A program made the translations under genes and the position numbers. The notes under the pieces were generated by a model that worked only from the letters and a program-made list of their open reading frames with translations, was not told the origin of the DNA and ran no database searches. Shown here in pieces: positions 37,085 through 46,467 of a DNA stretch of 64,000 nucleotides. Numbering within the stretch: the stretch's first letter is position 1; each line of letters starts with the position of its first letter. The DNA is from Kiritimatiellia bacterium (GTDB lineage Bacteria > Verrucomicrobiota > Kiritimatiellia > CAIKKV01), in the NCBI GenBank assembly GCA_046484345.1, contig JAWOJA010000010.1:1811-65810 (forward strand). Reading direction: 5' to 3'.

Positions 37085-38181
37085 GACTGTCCCTTTCCAT
37101 CCGACCGGTCAAGCCGATCAAGATCGTGCACGGTTAAAAGCAATTCCGGAAACGCCGCTTCGATCTCCCCGAGGATGCGCTCATATTCGCCGGGCGTGCC
37201 GCCCAGCGGATCCTCCACATCGCCGCCCCGCTCGCGGCTGTCGAAGTCCTTCATTAGATGAACCCGGGCGGCGGCATCCGGAAAACGCCGCCTCACGGTC
37301 GCACGGTGACTGTGGGTCATTACCACAATCAGCCTCGCCTCGTCAACCAGTTCCCTTGTCAGCGGCCGGCTGCGATGCGCCGCGCCGTCCAGCCCCCGCG
37401 CGGCCAGTGTTTCGCGGGCCAACCCGGTGGCGGGAAAGCCGTCCGCCGCCTCCACGCCCGCGGACGCGGTGCGCCAGGCGAAGCCGCTTTCCCGGAGCCG
37501 GTGCCGGAAGCTGATTTCGGCCATCGCGCTGCGGCAGGTGTTGCCGGTGCAGACAAACAGCACCAGCGGCAGGAAGGCCTCCCTCACCCGCTCCTCGGGA
37601 ATGGCGCCGGCCCGCAAAATCTCCACTGCGCCCCGGCAGGTCCGCACCACGGTGGAGGCCTCGCCGAGGCGGCAGGGTCCGGAATCCAGGGCCAGGGCCA
37701 CGCCGTGACCGAGCGCGGCCACCGCTTCCGCGCAGGTGACGGCCGCCGGGGCGCCGCTCGTGTTGGCGCTGGTCACGCGCAAGGGGCGCCCCATTTTTTG
37801 AAGAACCGCCCGCATGACGGCGTGGTCGGGCACGCGAAAGCCCTCCTCCCCCGCCGACGCACTCAGCACCAGCGTCAGGGGCCCCGGCCAAAACCGGGCC
37901 GCCAGCGCTCGGGCGCGCTCGTCGAGCACGCCGCCGAATTCCAACACCTGCCGGCGGTCCGCGGCCATGAGCGGCAGGGGCTTGCCCTCATCGCGCCCCT
38001 TGAGGGCGTAAATCCGGGCCTCCACACCCGGAGCCTCCGGATCGCCCGCCAGCCCGTAGACCGTTTCCGTGGGCACAAGAATCAGTTCGCCGGCTTTCAA
38101 AAGACGGACGGCGGTATCCACGGCGCCCGCTTCGGGGCGGCGCGGATCAATGGGACGCAGCGAGGGGCGGGACGGGGGCAT
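37081..38181 (-). CDS. tsaC: Fusion protein: L-threonylcarbamoyladenylate synthase (TsaC/YrdC/Sua5 domain) plus low-molecular-weight protein tyrosine/arginine phosphatase
   Basis: N-terminal YrdC fold ([15 protein letters not shown]). C-terminal LMW-PTP P-loop [16 protein letters not shown] with the DP motif. Confidence 0.8.
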   Translation of the reverse strand: MPPSRPSLRPIDPRRPEAGAVDTAVRLLKAGELILVPTETVYGLAGDPEAPGVEARIYALKGRDEGKPLPLMAADRRQVLEFGGVLDERARALAARFWPGPLTLVLSASAGEEGFRVPDHAVMRAVLQKMGRPLRVTSANTSGAPAAVTCAEAVAALGHGVALALDSGPCRLGEASTVVRTCRGAVEILRAGAIPEERVREAFLPLVLFVCTGNTCRSAMAEISFRHRLRESGFAWRTASAGVEAADGFPATGLARETLAARGLDGAAHRSRPLTRELVDEARLIVVMTHSHRATVRRRFPDAAARVHLMKDFDSRERGGDVEDPLGGTPGEYERILGEIEAAFPELLLTVHDLDRLDRSDGKGQS

Positions 38182-39106
38182 CGGGGTTCTCCGGCAAAAG
38201 GGCCATGGCTTTCAGCCCCAACAACAGGTCCACGGCGCGGGACAGGGCGGGATCCTGCCGCACGCGGGAGAAGAGCTCCAGGCGCCGCCGGGCCCGCTCG
38301 CCCAGCGACCGGCCGGTGCGCGACAGGGCGTTGGTGGGCAACGGCAAATCCGCCGCGGCCGCCGCGGCGGCGTCAACCGCGATATGCGGAACGACTGACG
38401 CCGGCCAGGCGGCGCCGTCGGGCCGGACAAAACGGCCCGTGGCCAGAAAGGCGTAGCGGCCGTCGGAAAGCGCCGTCAGCTCCCGCCGGACGGCCTCCCC
38501 GCGGGTCGCGGCCCCAACCAGAATCACGCCGCCGGGCCGTTCGAAAAGGGCGGCCAGCAGTTGGGCCGTTCCCATGGTCTCGCCGTTGATTAGCATCAAA
38601 ACGGGAACAACGGCGCGCTCCGCGCGCGGCGCCGAGTGAAGCTCGACCTCTTCCCCGCGCCCGTTCTGGACGGCATACAGGAAGCGGTCGGGCGGCAGGA
38701 AACGGCCGGCCAGCGCATCCACGCAGGCCAGGTTGGTGCCGCCCGCGCCCCGGCAGTCGAGTATGAACCCGCCGCCGGCGGCCGCCGCCGCGGTCAGGCC
38801 CGAGGCCACCCCGTTCACCGCCGCCTCGTTGATGACGCCCGGCGCGAAAAGAAAAAGCCCCTCGCCCATATCCTGCGGAACCGGGGAATTCGTGGGGCCG
38901 GCCATTTGCGCTTCAAATGCGGCGGCGTCGGCGGCGTCGAAAAACCGGACGCCCGGATCGGCGAGGCGCAGGACAGCCTCGTCGGCGGCCCTGGCGGCCG
39001 CCTGGGTGTCGACCGGGAAACCCCGCCCGTTGAGCACGGCCAACAGATCCCGGGGTGTTTCCTGGGGAACCGCCTGAACCAGCATGGATAGGAGAAGCGT
39101 CAGCAT
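38147..39106 (-). CDS. S41-family peptidase (C-terminal processing protease-like), probably secreted
   Basis: 319 aa. GFILDCRGAGGTNL and downstream conserved Lys region. The true start is uncertain (the start region overlaps the tsaC-PTP gene). Confidence 0.6.
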   Translation of the reverse strand: MLTLLLSMLVQAVPQETPRDLLAVLNGRGFPVDTQAAARAADEAVLRLADPGVRFFDAADAAAFEAQMAGPTNSPVPQDMGEGLFLFAPGVINEAAVNGVASGLTAAAAAGGGFILDCRGAGGTNLACVDALAGRFLPPDRFLYAVQNGRGEEVELHSAPRAERAVVPVLMLINGETMGTAQLLAALFERPGGVILVGAATRGEAVRRELTALSDGRYAFLATGRFVRPDGAAWPASVVPHIAVDAAAAAAADLPLPTNALSRTGRSLGERARRRLELFSRVRQDPALSRAVDLLLGLKAMALLPENPDAPVPPLAASH

Positions 39107-39634
39107 TTATACCCTGGCCGCAGTCAATTCAGCCTGGAGTTTTTCGTCGGCGGCGGCCACCTTCTCGGCCAGCGATTTCTTATGCAACGTCAGCCGCTGG
39201 GCCAACTGGGGGTTGCCGAGCGCCAGCATCTGGACCGCCAGCAAAGCGGCGTTCACCGCGCCCGCATTGCCCAGCGCCACTGTGGCCACCGGGATGCCCG
39301 CCGGCATTTGGACGGTCGAGAGCAACGCGTCCAGCCCGTCCAGCGCCCCGCCCTTGACCGGCACGCCGATCACGGGAAGGATGGTGTGGGCCGCCAGCAC
39401 GCCGGCCAGGTGGGCGGCGCAACCCGCCGCCGCAATGATGACTTTCAGGCCCCGGCCATGGGCTTCGCCGGCGAAGCGGACAGCCGCGGCCGGCGAGCGG
39501 TGCGCGGACATCACGTGGACTTCATACCCCACGCCGAAGGAGTCCAGGGTGGAGGCCGTCTGCTTGAGCAGCGGCCAGTCCGAGTCGCTGCCCATGATGA
39601 CGCCCACGTCGATGATCTTGCTTTTGTCCATCAA
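39107..39634 (-). CDS. purE: 5-(carboxyamino)imidazole ribonucleotide mutase
   Basis: 175 aa. VGVIMGSDSDWP and AAGCAAHLAGVLAAHT motifs. Confidence 0.9.
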   Translation of the reverse strand: MMDKSKIIDVGVIMGSDSDWPLLKQTASTLDSFGVGYEVHVMSAHRSPAAAVRFAGEAHGRGLKVIIAAAGCAAHLAGVLAAHTILPVIGVPVKGGALDGLDALLSTVQMPAGIPVATVALGNAGAVNAALLAVQMLALGNPQLAQRLTLHKKSLAEKVAAADEKLQAELTAARV

Positions 39635-39646
39635 GGAATCCTCCCG

Positions 39647-40924
39647 TTAAAGGCCGCGCCGCAAGGCGCGGGCGGCGATATCCCGCCTCATCTGCATGCC
39701 GTCAAACGTGATCCGGTCGGCCGCCCGGTAGGCTTGCCGCACCGCCGCGCTCATCGTGGCCCCCAGGGCCGTCACCCCCAGCACCCGGCCGCCCGCAGTG
39801 ACCACCCGGCCATCCTTGAGCGACGTGCCCGCATGAAACACAATCGTATCGTCCAGTTGCGCCGCCTCTTCCAGCCCGTGAATGACATGGCCCTTCGGAT
39901 AGGCGTCGGGATAGCCGCGCGCGGCGATGACGATGGAGACGCAGGCGGCCGGTTTCCAGGCCACGTGCGACTCCTGGAGCGTGCCGTCGATGCAGGCTTC
40001 AAGCGCGGGGATCAGGTCGGAGGCGAGGCGCGGCAGCAGGGCCTGGGTTTCGGGATCGCCGAAGCGGCAGTTGAATTCCAGCACCAGGGGGCCCCTGGCC
40101 GTCATCATGAGCCCGGCATACAGAACGCCCTTATAGACAATTCCGCGGCGATTCAACTCGGCCAGCATACGGTTGAAGACCTGCTCGCGAATGACGGGCT
40201 TCCACGCCTCCGTCATCACGGGGGCCGGGGAATAGGCGCCCATACCGCCCGTATTGGGGCCCTGGTCGGCGTCGAAAATCCGCTTGTGATCCTGGGCCGA
40301 ATCGAGCAACACCGCCCGATTTCCGTCCACCAGGGCCAACATGGAAACCTCTTCGCCCTCCAGGAACTCCTCGATGAGGATGGAGCGGCCGGCCTCGCCG
40401 TGGCGATTTTCCACCAGCGCCGACCGCACCGCCGCTTCGGCCTCGGCGCTCGTGGCGCACACGTAGACGCCTTTGCCCGCGGCCAGGCCGTCGGCCTTGA
40501 TCACCAAAGGGCCGGCGTTTTTGCGCACATAGGCCAGGGCCTTATCAGGATCGGCGAACGACGCGGAGGCGGCGGTCGGCACGCCGGCGGCGGCCATGAC
40601 CTCCTTTGAAAACAGCTTGCTGCCCTCGAGCCGCGCGGCCGCCTGGCAGGGGCCAAACACGCGGTGACCGACGGCCTGGAACCGATCCACAATACCGGCG
40701 CACAAGGGGGCCTCTGGCCCGACCACGGTGAGGGCGGGCTTGTTGACCCGGGCCCAGGCCAGCATCGCCTCGATGTTGTCGGCGGCCACGGGAACGTTTT
40801 CCGCCAGCGCGGCGGTGCCGGCATTGCCGGGCGCGCAGAACAATTCGGGCTTGCGGCTGTCGCGGGACAGGGCCCAGAGAACGGCGTGCTCGCGGCCGCC
40901 GCCGCCAATGACCAGTATTTTCAT
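39647..40924 (-). CDS. purD: Phosphoribosylamine-glycine ligase
   Basis: Start at ATG 40924 (MKILVIGGGGREHA). The track ORF begins 7 codons upstream at a TTG. ATP-grasp architecture. Confidence 0.9.
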   Translation of the reverse strand: MKILVIGGGGREHAVLWALSRDSRKPELFCAPGNAGTAALAENVPVAADNIEAMLAWARVNKPALTVVGPEAPLCAGIVDRFQAVGHRVFGPCQAAARLEGSKLFSKEVMAAAGVPTAASASFADPDKALAYVRKNAGPLVIKADGLAAGKGVYVCATSAEAEAAVRSALVENRHGEAGRSILIEEFLEGEEVSMLALVDGNRAVLLDSAQDHKRIFDADQGPNTGGMGAYSPAPVMTEAWKPVIREQVFNRMLAELNRRGIVYKGVLYAGLMMTARGPLVLEFNCRFGDPETQALLPRLASDLIPALEACIDGTLQESHVAWKPAACVSIVIAARGYPDAYPKGHVIHGLEEAAQLDDTIVFHAGTSLKDGRVVTAGGRVLGVTALGATMSAAVRQAYRAADRITFDGMQMRRDIAARALRRGL

Positions 40925-40958
40925 AAGAGAGTCATGATAACGCAAAACGGCCCGGATT

Positions 40959-41516
40959 TCAAGCTTTCCGGAGGGCCGAAGCGTTGACCCATTCCAGGGC
41001 GTCGCGCACGACGTTGCGCTCCTCGCGCAGCCGCTTGGAAATAACGGCCGCCTGCTCCCGGTAAAGGCCGAAAACGTGCAGGATGTCCTCGCCCATCTCG
41101 GCGCTCTTGAACAGCTCGGGCGAAGCGGTGCCGAAGTCGAGCGAATACTGGACGATGCCGGTTTCCCCGATCCAGCGGCCGATGTTGAAATTGGTCAGCA
41201 ACAGCCGGGTTTGGGAGGAATCCTCGATCTCGCACGCCTCCATGTACCAGAGGGGCGAGGCGGCGGCGGTGTCGACCTTGAGCAGCTGCATGAGTTTCTT
41301 CTCGAGGGCGAACAGGGAGGCGATATCGTCCAGCGGCACGCCGAAAACGCGCAGGTAGATGACGCGGTCCAGAAAGGCGGCGTAACAGCGCGGATAGCCC
41401 GTGGAATTGGGAATCAGCGGAAGCCCCAGCCCCTGCTGGAGATGGCGGATGAAGTGCGGGCCCCGTCTCAGGAAGGCGCACAGCTCCGAAAGGGACATGC
41501 CGGACCGTTTGGACAT
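40959..41516 (-). CDS. Hypothetical protein
   Basis: 185 aa. Coding-like codon usage, no recognisable domain. Lies between purD and tsf. Confidence 0.45.
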   Translation of the reverse strand: MSKRSGMSLSELCAFLRRGPHFIRHLQQGLGLPLIPNSTGYPRCYAAFLDRVIYLRVFGVPLDDIASLFALEKKLMQLLKVDTAAASPLWYMEACEIEDSSQTRLLLTNFNIGRWIGETGIVQYSLDFGTASPELFKSAEMGEDILHVFGLYREQAAVISKRLREERNVVRDALEWVNASALRKA

Positions 41517-41555
41517 AAAATGGAAGGCCGCGGGATCGCTCCCGCGACCTCTCGA

Positions 41556-42392
41556 TTACTCGCCCAGCATCCAGCGCACGTAGCGGCGAATCGTCAGCGT
41601 GTCGCCCAGTTCCTTGCCCTTGGCCTCGAGGAGTTGCTTGATCGACATCTTCTGTTCCTTCACGAAGGGCTGATCGATCAGGCACACTTCGGAATAGAAC
41701 TTGTTGACCTTGCCGTCCACGATCTTTTCGACGATGTTGGCCGGCTTGTCGAGCACCTGTTTCGCGAAGATGGCGCGCTCGGCGGCGATGATGTCGGCCG
41801 GCACTTCCGTGCGCTCCAGCCAGCGGGGCGACACGGCGGAGATGTGCATGGCCAGGTCGCGGCCCAGCTCCAGAAAGCCCGGGGTTGCGGCGGTGGCGGC
41901 CTTCGCGCAACCGAGCTCGACCAGAACGCCTTCCTTGGCGCCCAGGTGGATGTAGCTGACGATGCGGCCTTCGCCCTGACACTGGAAGCGGATGTTCCGG
42001 CGGATTTGCATGTTCTCGCCGGTCTTCTGGATGAGGGCGGTAACGACGTCCTTCTCCGAGTCGAGGAGGGGCGCGTCGGTGGCGAGCGCCTTCTGGGCCA
42101 GCTCGGCGGCGTACGCCTTGAACTGGTCGTTGCGGGCCACGAAGTCGGTCTCGCAGTTGATCTCGGCCAGGGAGGCCGTCTTGCCGTCGTCGGTGGCGGC
42201 GGTGGCGATGACGCCCTGGTTGGTGGCGCGTCCGGCCCGCTTCTGGGCCGAGGCCATGCCGCGCTCGCGCAGCAGGGTGACGGCCTTGTCCTTGTCGCCG
42301 CCGGCTTCCACGAGCGCCTTTTTGCACTCCATCATGCTGACGCCGGTAGTTTCGCGCAAATCACTGACCATCTTGGCTGTAATATCGGCCAT
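41556..42392 (-). CDS. tsf: Translation elongation factor Ts
   Basis: 278 aa. N-terminal UBA-like MADITAKMVSDLRETTGVSMMECKKAL and EF-Ts core (INCETDFVARN). Confidence 0.9.
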   Translation of the reverse strand: MADITAKMVSDLRETTGVSMMECKKALVEAGGDKDKAVTLLRERGMASAQKRAGRATNQGVIATAATDDGKTASLAEINCETDFVARNDQFKAYAAELAQKALATDAPLLDSEKDVVTALIQKTGENMQIRRNIRFQCQGEGRIVSYIHLGAKEGVLVELGCAKAATAATPGFLELGRDLAMHISAVSPRWLERTEVPADIIAAERAIFAKQVLDKPANIVEKIVDGKVNKFYSEVCLIDQPFVKEQKMSIKQLLEAKGKELGDTLTIRRYVRWMLGE

Positions 42393-42427
42393 GGCAAAAT
42401 CCTTTCAATTGTAATTCGGGGCAGGTC

Positions 42428-43438
42428 TTACTTGGCTTCACCTTCGGGGGCGGGAGCGGCCGGAGCGGCAGGTGCGGCGGCGGGAGCCGCCTTGTCGCGG
42501 CGGGGGGCGCGCGGGCCGCCGCGCATGCCGGTCGAAGGACGGTCGCCGCGGTCATTGGGGCGGCGTTCGCGGCGGGGGCGTTCCTTGGGTTGCTCGCCAG
42601 CCGGGCGCAGCGGCGGGAGGCCGTCGGCTTCGCGCTGGCGCTTGATTTCGCCGGCGCGCTTGGACCATTCGCCGTAGGCGCGGACGATGGAAGCGCCAAG
42701 GGCGGTGATCACGATGCGGATGGCACGGATGGCGTCATCGTTGCCGGGGATCGGGTAATCGATCGGGTCGGGATCGCAACAGGTGTCGCAAATGGCGACG
42801 ACGGGGATGTGGAGGGTATTGGCTTCCTTGACGGCATTGGACTCACGGTTGATATCCACAATGACCATGGCGCCGGGGAGCTGCTCCATGTTGGCGATGC
42901 CGGTGAGGTTCTTCTGCAACTTGGCCAACTCGTGGCGGAGGACGGCCACTTCCTTCTTGGGCAATTTCTCGAACTCGCCCTCTTTCTCCATCTTCTCGAG
43001 CTGGCGCATGCGCTTGATGCTGTTGCGCACGGTGCGGTTGTTGGTCAGCGTGCCGCCGAGCCAGCGGCTGGTCACGGAGTACTGGCCGCTCATCTTGGCC
43101 ACTTCGCGCACCGTCGTCTGGGCCTGCTTCTTGGTGCCCACGAAGAGCACGCCGCGGCCGCCGGCGACGATGTTGGCCAGGAATTCCTGGGCCTTCTGGA
43201 GCTGGGAAAGGCTCTGCGACAAATCGATGACGTGGATGCCGTTGCGCTTGTCGAAAATGAAGGGGCGCATCTTCGGGTTCCAGCGCTTAGTCTGGTGGCC
43301 GAAGTGAACGCCGGCGTCGAGCAGGTCGCGCAGGCCGACGGTCTCGTTGAGGGCGATGGGTTCGGCCGCGATGGCGGCCGCTTCGGCGGCATCGGTTGCC
43401 GCGGGGGTCACGGGCACAACAGGGGTAGTCTCGTCCAT
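42428..43438 (-). CDS. rpsB: 30S ribosomal protein S2 with N-terminal extension and long basic/Ala-Pro-rich C-terminal tail
   Basis: Start at ATG 43438 (GAGGAG RBS). Core HFGHQTKRWNPKMRPFIF...VDLSQS. The tail (about 80 aa) is rich in R, P and A. Confidence 0.9.
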   Translation of the reverse strand: MDETTPVVPVTPAATDAAEAAAIAAEPIALNETVGLRDLLDAGVHFGHQTKRWNPKMRPFIFDKRNGIHVIDLSQSLSQLQKAQEFLANIVAGGRGVLFVGTKKQAQTTVREVAKMSGQYSVTSRWLGGTLTNNRTVRNSIKRMRQLEKMEKEGEFEKLPKKEVAVLRHELAKLQKNLTGIANMEQLPGAMVIVDINRESNAVKEANTLHIPVVAICDTCCDPDPIDYPIPGNDDAIRAIRIVITALGASIVRAYGEWSKRAGEIKRQREADGLPPLRPAGEQPKERPRRERRPNDRGDRPSTGMRGGPRAPRRDKAAPAAAPAAPAAPAPEGEAK

Positions 43439-43776
43439 ATGCCATCTCCTCTTTGGCGGCTTTCGCCGCAATCCGCTTTGGCCTCCCCGATGGCGCGGAG
43501 AGGCGCTCGCTTCCGTTTCGGGGATCGGACACGGACCTCACGATCCGGCTTCCCCAAACTAATTAAGACCCGTAAATATACCGAATGCCGCCCCCCGGGG
43601 CAAGCGTTTTCCGTTCATAATAGGCAGGCATCACTCGACCGTGGCGCGGGAAATTCTCGCGCGGCGCATCGAGAGCAACAAGGGGGCCGTCGGGCGGATC
43701 GCCAACCGGTGCATCCTGCGGCGGAATTGCGACAAGGTGCAGCTGTGCACGTATGCAAACAAGAGCCGCGGTGTGT

Positions 43777-44991
43777 CTATACTTTATCGATAATGTCCCC
43801 GGCTCCGCCCTGCGCATTCAGCTTGGACTGGCGGCGGGTGCCCGAATAGAGCTCGAACTCAAGCAGGCGGCACTCGATCTCGCTGTTGAAAAAGGGGATC
43901 TTGCGGCGGGTGCGCAACCCCACGCGTTTGCCCAAATCCGAGTTGCCGGTGAACACGTAGCCGGTGTAGCCCTGCCCGTGTTTCTTGAAAAAATCGCCAA
44001 TCGCATGATAGAGCGTCTCCAGTTCGGGCGTCGCTCCCATCCGCTCGCCATACGGCGGATTCAGCAACACCACCCCGCCGCATTCCGGCAGGGGGGTGTC
44101 CTCAAAATCGCACTCGCCAAAGGTGATGCCCTCCGCCACCCCGGCGTTGACCGCATTGCGCCGCGCCGCCTCCACGGCCATCGGATCGATGTCCGAGGCC
44201 ACGATCAGGGGCTCGGCGGGCCAGGGCCGGACCTGCCCCGCCGCCTCCGCGCGCAGCGCCTCCCAGCGCGCCGCCGGAAAGCCGAAAATGTGCATGAACC
44301 CGAAGTTATCCCGCCCGAGGCCCGGCGCTCGGTTCGAGGCGATCAGCGCGGCCTCAATGGCCAGCGTGCCGCTGCCGCACATGGGGTTCACGAACGCCGC
44401 CGCCCGGTCCCACGCCGTGGCCAGCACCACGGCCGCAGCCAGCGTCTCCTGCATCGGCGCCTTCATCGGCTCCTTGCGGTAGCCGCGGCGCGAAAGGCTC
44501 TCGCCGGAGGTGTCCAGGTAAAGCCGGGCGTCACGCTCGCGCCAATACAGGAACACGACCGTCCGGTTCGTGTCGCTGCCCGAATCGGGCCGGCGGCCGC
44601 AGACTTTCTGGATCCGGTCCGCGATGGCGTCCTTGATGGTCAGGCCGGCAAAGCGGGTGTCCCGGATGCTGGGGGTCTGGGTGAAGCTGTTGACGCAGAC
44701 GTAGCCGTCGGGCGCGATCCATTGTTCCCACGGCAACTCGGCCGCCAGGGCGTGGAGGCGCTTGGGCTCGTCCGCCTGGAAGGCGCCGATTTGATAGAGC
44801 ACGCGCAGGGCGGTGCGCAGGCGCAGGTTCAAAAGAAGAGCGTCGCCCAGCGTGCCTTCGGTCTCCACGCCGCCCACGCTCTCTTCGCGCACCGGAAAGC
44901 CCAGCGCTTCCACCTCCGTGCGGAGGAAAGGAGCGATGCCCTTGCCGCAGGTGATCCGCAGCGGCCGCTTTTCATCGCTCCAGAAGCTCAT
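43777..44991 (-). CDS. THUMP-domain class-I SAM-dependent rRNA methyltransferase (RlmL/RlmK-like, UPF0020), NPPY motif
   Basis: Start at internal ATG 44991 (MSFWSDEKRPLRITCGKG). Motifs PMCGSGTLAIEAAL and LLNPPYGERMG. The 190-aa N-terminal part of the track ORF overlaps the upstream gene and is spurious. Confidence 0.75.
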   Translation of the reverse strand: MSFWSDEKRPLRITCGKGIAPFLRTEVEALGFPVREESVGGVETEGTLGDALLLNLRLRTALRVLYQIGAFQADEPKRLHALAAELPWEQWIAPDGYVCVNSFTQTPSIRDTRFAGLTIKDAIADRIQKVCGRRPDSGSDTNRTVVFLYWRERDARLYLDTSGESLSRRGYRKEPMKAPMQETLAAAVVLATAWDRAAAFVNPMCGSGTLAIEAALIASNRAPGLGRDNFGFMHIFGFPAARWEALRAEAAGQVRPWPAEPLIVASDIDPMAVEAARRNAVNAGVAEGITFGECDFEDTPLPECGGVVLLNPPYGERMGATPELETLYHAIGDFFKKHGQGYTGYVFTGNSDLGKRVGLRTRRKIPFFNSEIECRLLEFELYSGTRRQSKLNAQGGAGDIIDKV

Positions 44992-44993
44992 GG

Positions 44994-45740
44994 TCAGGCC
45001 AGCCTGGCCAGCTTCAGGTTGGTGATCGACGTGCGGGCGCTTTCCAGCTCCGGCCCGGGGCAGGTGTCCTGCTCCACGATGACCCACTTGGCGCCGACTT
45101 TCTTGCCGATCTTGAAGATGGCCTTGAGGTCCATCAGGCCGTTGCCCACTTCGGTGAAGACGCAGGTGAGGGGGTTCATGTCCTTGAGGTGGATCTGCGG
45201 CACGCGGCCGGCGTACTGCGCGATGTAGGCCACGGGATCGGGACCGCCCTTGCGGATCCAGAAGGTGTCGAGCTCGGCGAACACTTCCGTCGGATCGGTC
45301 TTCTGGAGCAGCATATCCTCGGCGTAGACGCCGTCGAAAGTTTTGAACTCCTGCGCGTGGTTGTGGTAGGTGAACATGCAACCCTTGGATTTGGCTGTGG
45401 CGCCGCATTTGCGGTAGACCTCGATGGTGCCGGCCCAATCCTTCTCCACCAAATGCGCGCCGCTGGTGGTCAGATAGGGACAGCGCAACGCCTTGGCGTA
45501 GGCGTAGACCTTGTGCTCGGGATTGCCGATATCGTTGGCGCTCACGTGCTGGCCGCAGCACTTCAGCCCGAGTTCTTTCAAAAAGGCGGCCAGCTCGGCG
45601 GGCTCCATGTTGCCGTAATTGCCGGCAAATTCAACTCCCTTATAGCCCATTTCGGCGAGTTGCTTCAGCGTGCCCTTGAAATCCAAGTCCAACGACTGGC
45701 GAACCGTGTACAACTGGATGCCGACCGGAATCTTGGCCAT
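44994..45740 (-). CDS. Sugar phosphate isomerase/epimerase (xylose-isomerase-like TIM barrel)
   Basis: 248 aa. MAKIPVGIQLYTVRQSL...GYKGVEFAG...HNHAQEF...GRVPQIHLKD matches the AP-endonuclease-2/xylose-isomerase-like family. Confidence 0.8.
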   Translation of the reverse strand: MAKIPVGIQLYTVRQSLDLDFKGTLKQLAEMGYKGVEFAGNYGNMEPAELAAFLKELGLKCCGQHVSANDIGNPEHKVYAYAKALRCPYLTTSGAHLVEKDWAGTIEVYRKCGATAKSKGCMFTYHNHAQEFKTFDGVYAEDMLLQKTDPTEVFAELDTFWIRKGGPDPVAYIAQYAGRVPQIHLKDMNPLTCVFTEVGNGLMDLKAIFKIGKKVGAKWVIVEQDTCPGPELESARTSITNLKLARLA

Positions 45741-45895
45741 ACAACCTCCTTTAAAGTTTCAAAACGTTGATTGTTAGCGAAATTCGTAGTGTTGCGCAAT
45801 ATAATAAAGACCGCGTAAAGTAATCGCGCGCGTTGCCGCTGGCTCCCTTCAAGAAAGAATTGCATAAGCTGCATAGATATGGCATATTGATATGC

Positions 45896-46084
45896 ATGAG
45901 AACGACGCTTAACATCGATGACCAAATTCTGAAGCGCGCAGCCGACATCACCGGCGTCAAGGAGAAGACGTCCCTCGTGCGCATGGGGCTGGAAGCGCTT
46001 GTGTCCAAGGAAAGCGCGAAGCGTTTAGCCCGTCTCGGTGGCACAGAGCGCAACCTTCAACCGATTCCTCGGCGTCGGACGTAG
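45896..46084 (+). CDS. vapB: Type II antitoxin VapB (ribbon-helix-helix-like)
   Basis: MRTTLNIDDQILKRAADITGVKEKTSLVRMGLEALV, 62 aa. Lies 9 nt upstream of the PIN-domain gene. An upstream TTG at 45833 is unlikely to be the start. Confidence 0.7.
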   Translation: MRTTLNIDDQILKRAADITGVKEKTSLVRMGLEALVSKESAKRLARLGGTERNLQPIPRRRT

Positions 46085-46093
46085 GAGGAGTCC

Positions 46094-46456
46094 ATGGTTC
46101 TGGTTGACACCTCGGTTTGGATCGAACATCTACGTCTGGGGGTGCCTTTGCTTGGCGATCTGCTGAATGCCGAAGAGGTGGCAACACACCCATTCGTCAT
46201 CGGCGAATTGGCTTGCGGGAACCCGGCTAACCGAGCGGAGATTCTCAGCCTTCTCTCCGCCCTGCCTTCGGTGAAGGCCGCGACCCATTCAGAAGCCCTT
46301 AGGCTGGTAGAGGCACATCGTCTGTACGGGCGGGGGATCGGTTGGATCGATACCCACCTGCTTGCTTCAGCCCTCTTGAGTCAGACCGGGCTGTGGACCC
46401 GAGATCGAAGACTGCATTCCGTGGTCAAGACGCTCGGAATCGCAGAGAAGACCTGA
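46094..46456 (+). CDS. vapC: Type II toxin VapC (PIN-domain ribonuclease)
   Basis: MVLVDTSVWIEHLR...IGELACG...IGWIDTHLLASAL. Acidic PIN residues (D5, E, D). Confidence 0.8.
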   Translation: MVLVDTSVWIEHLRLGVPLLGDLLNAEEVATHPFVIGELACGNPANRAEILSLLSALPSVKAATHSEALRLVEAHRLYGRGIGWIDTHLLASALLSQTGLWTRDRRLHSVVKTLGIAEKT

Positions 46457-46467
46457 ACCAACCCGCG

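Noticed and set aside
40921-42327. 468-aa minus-strand ORF spanning the hypothetical gene and tsf in an alternative frame
   Set aside because: Arg/Gly/Pro-rich. The EF-Ts and the 185-aa hypothetical proteins in the other frames are far more protein-like.
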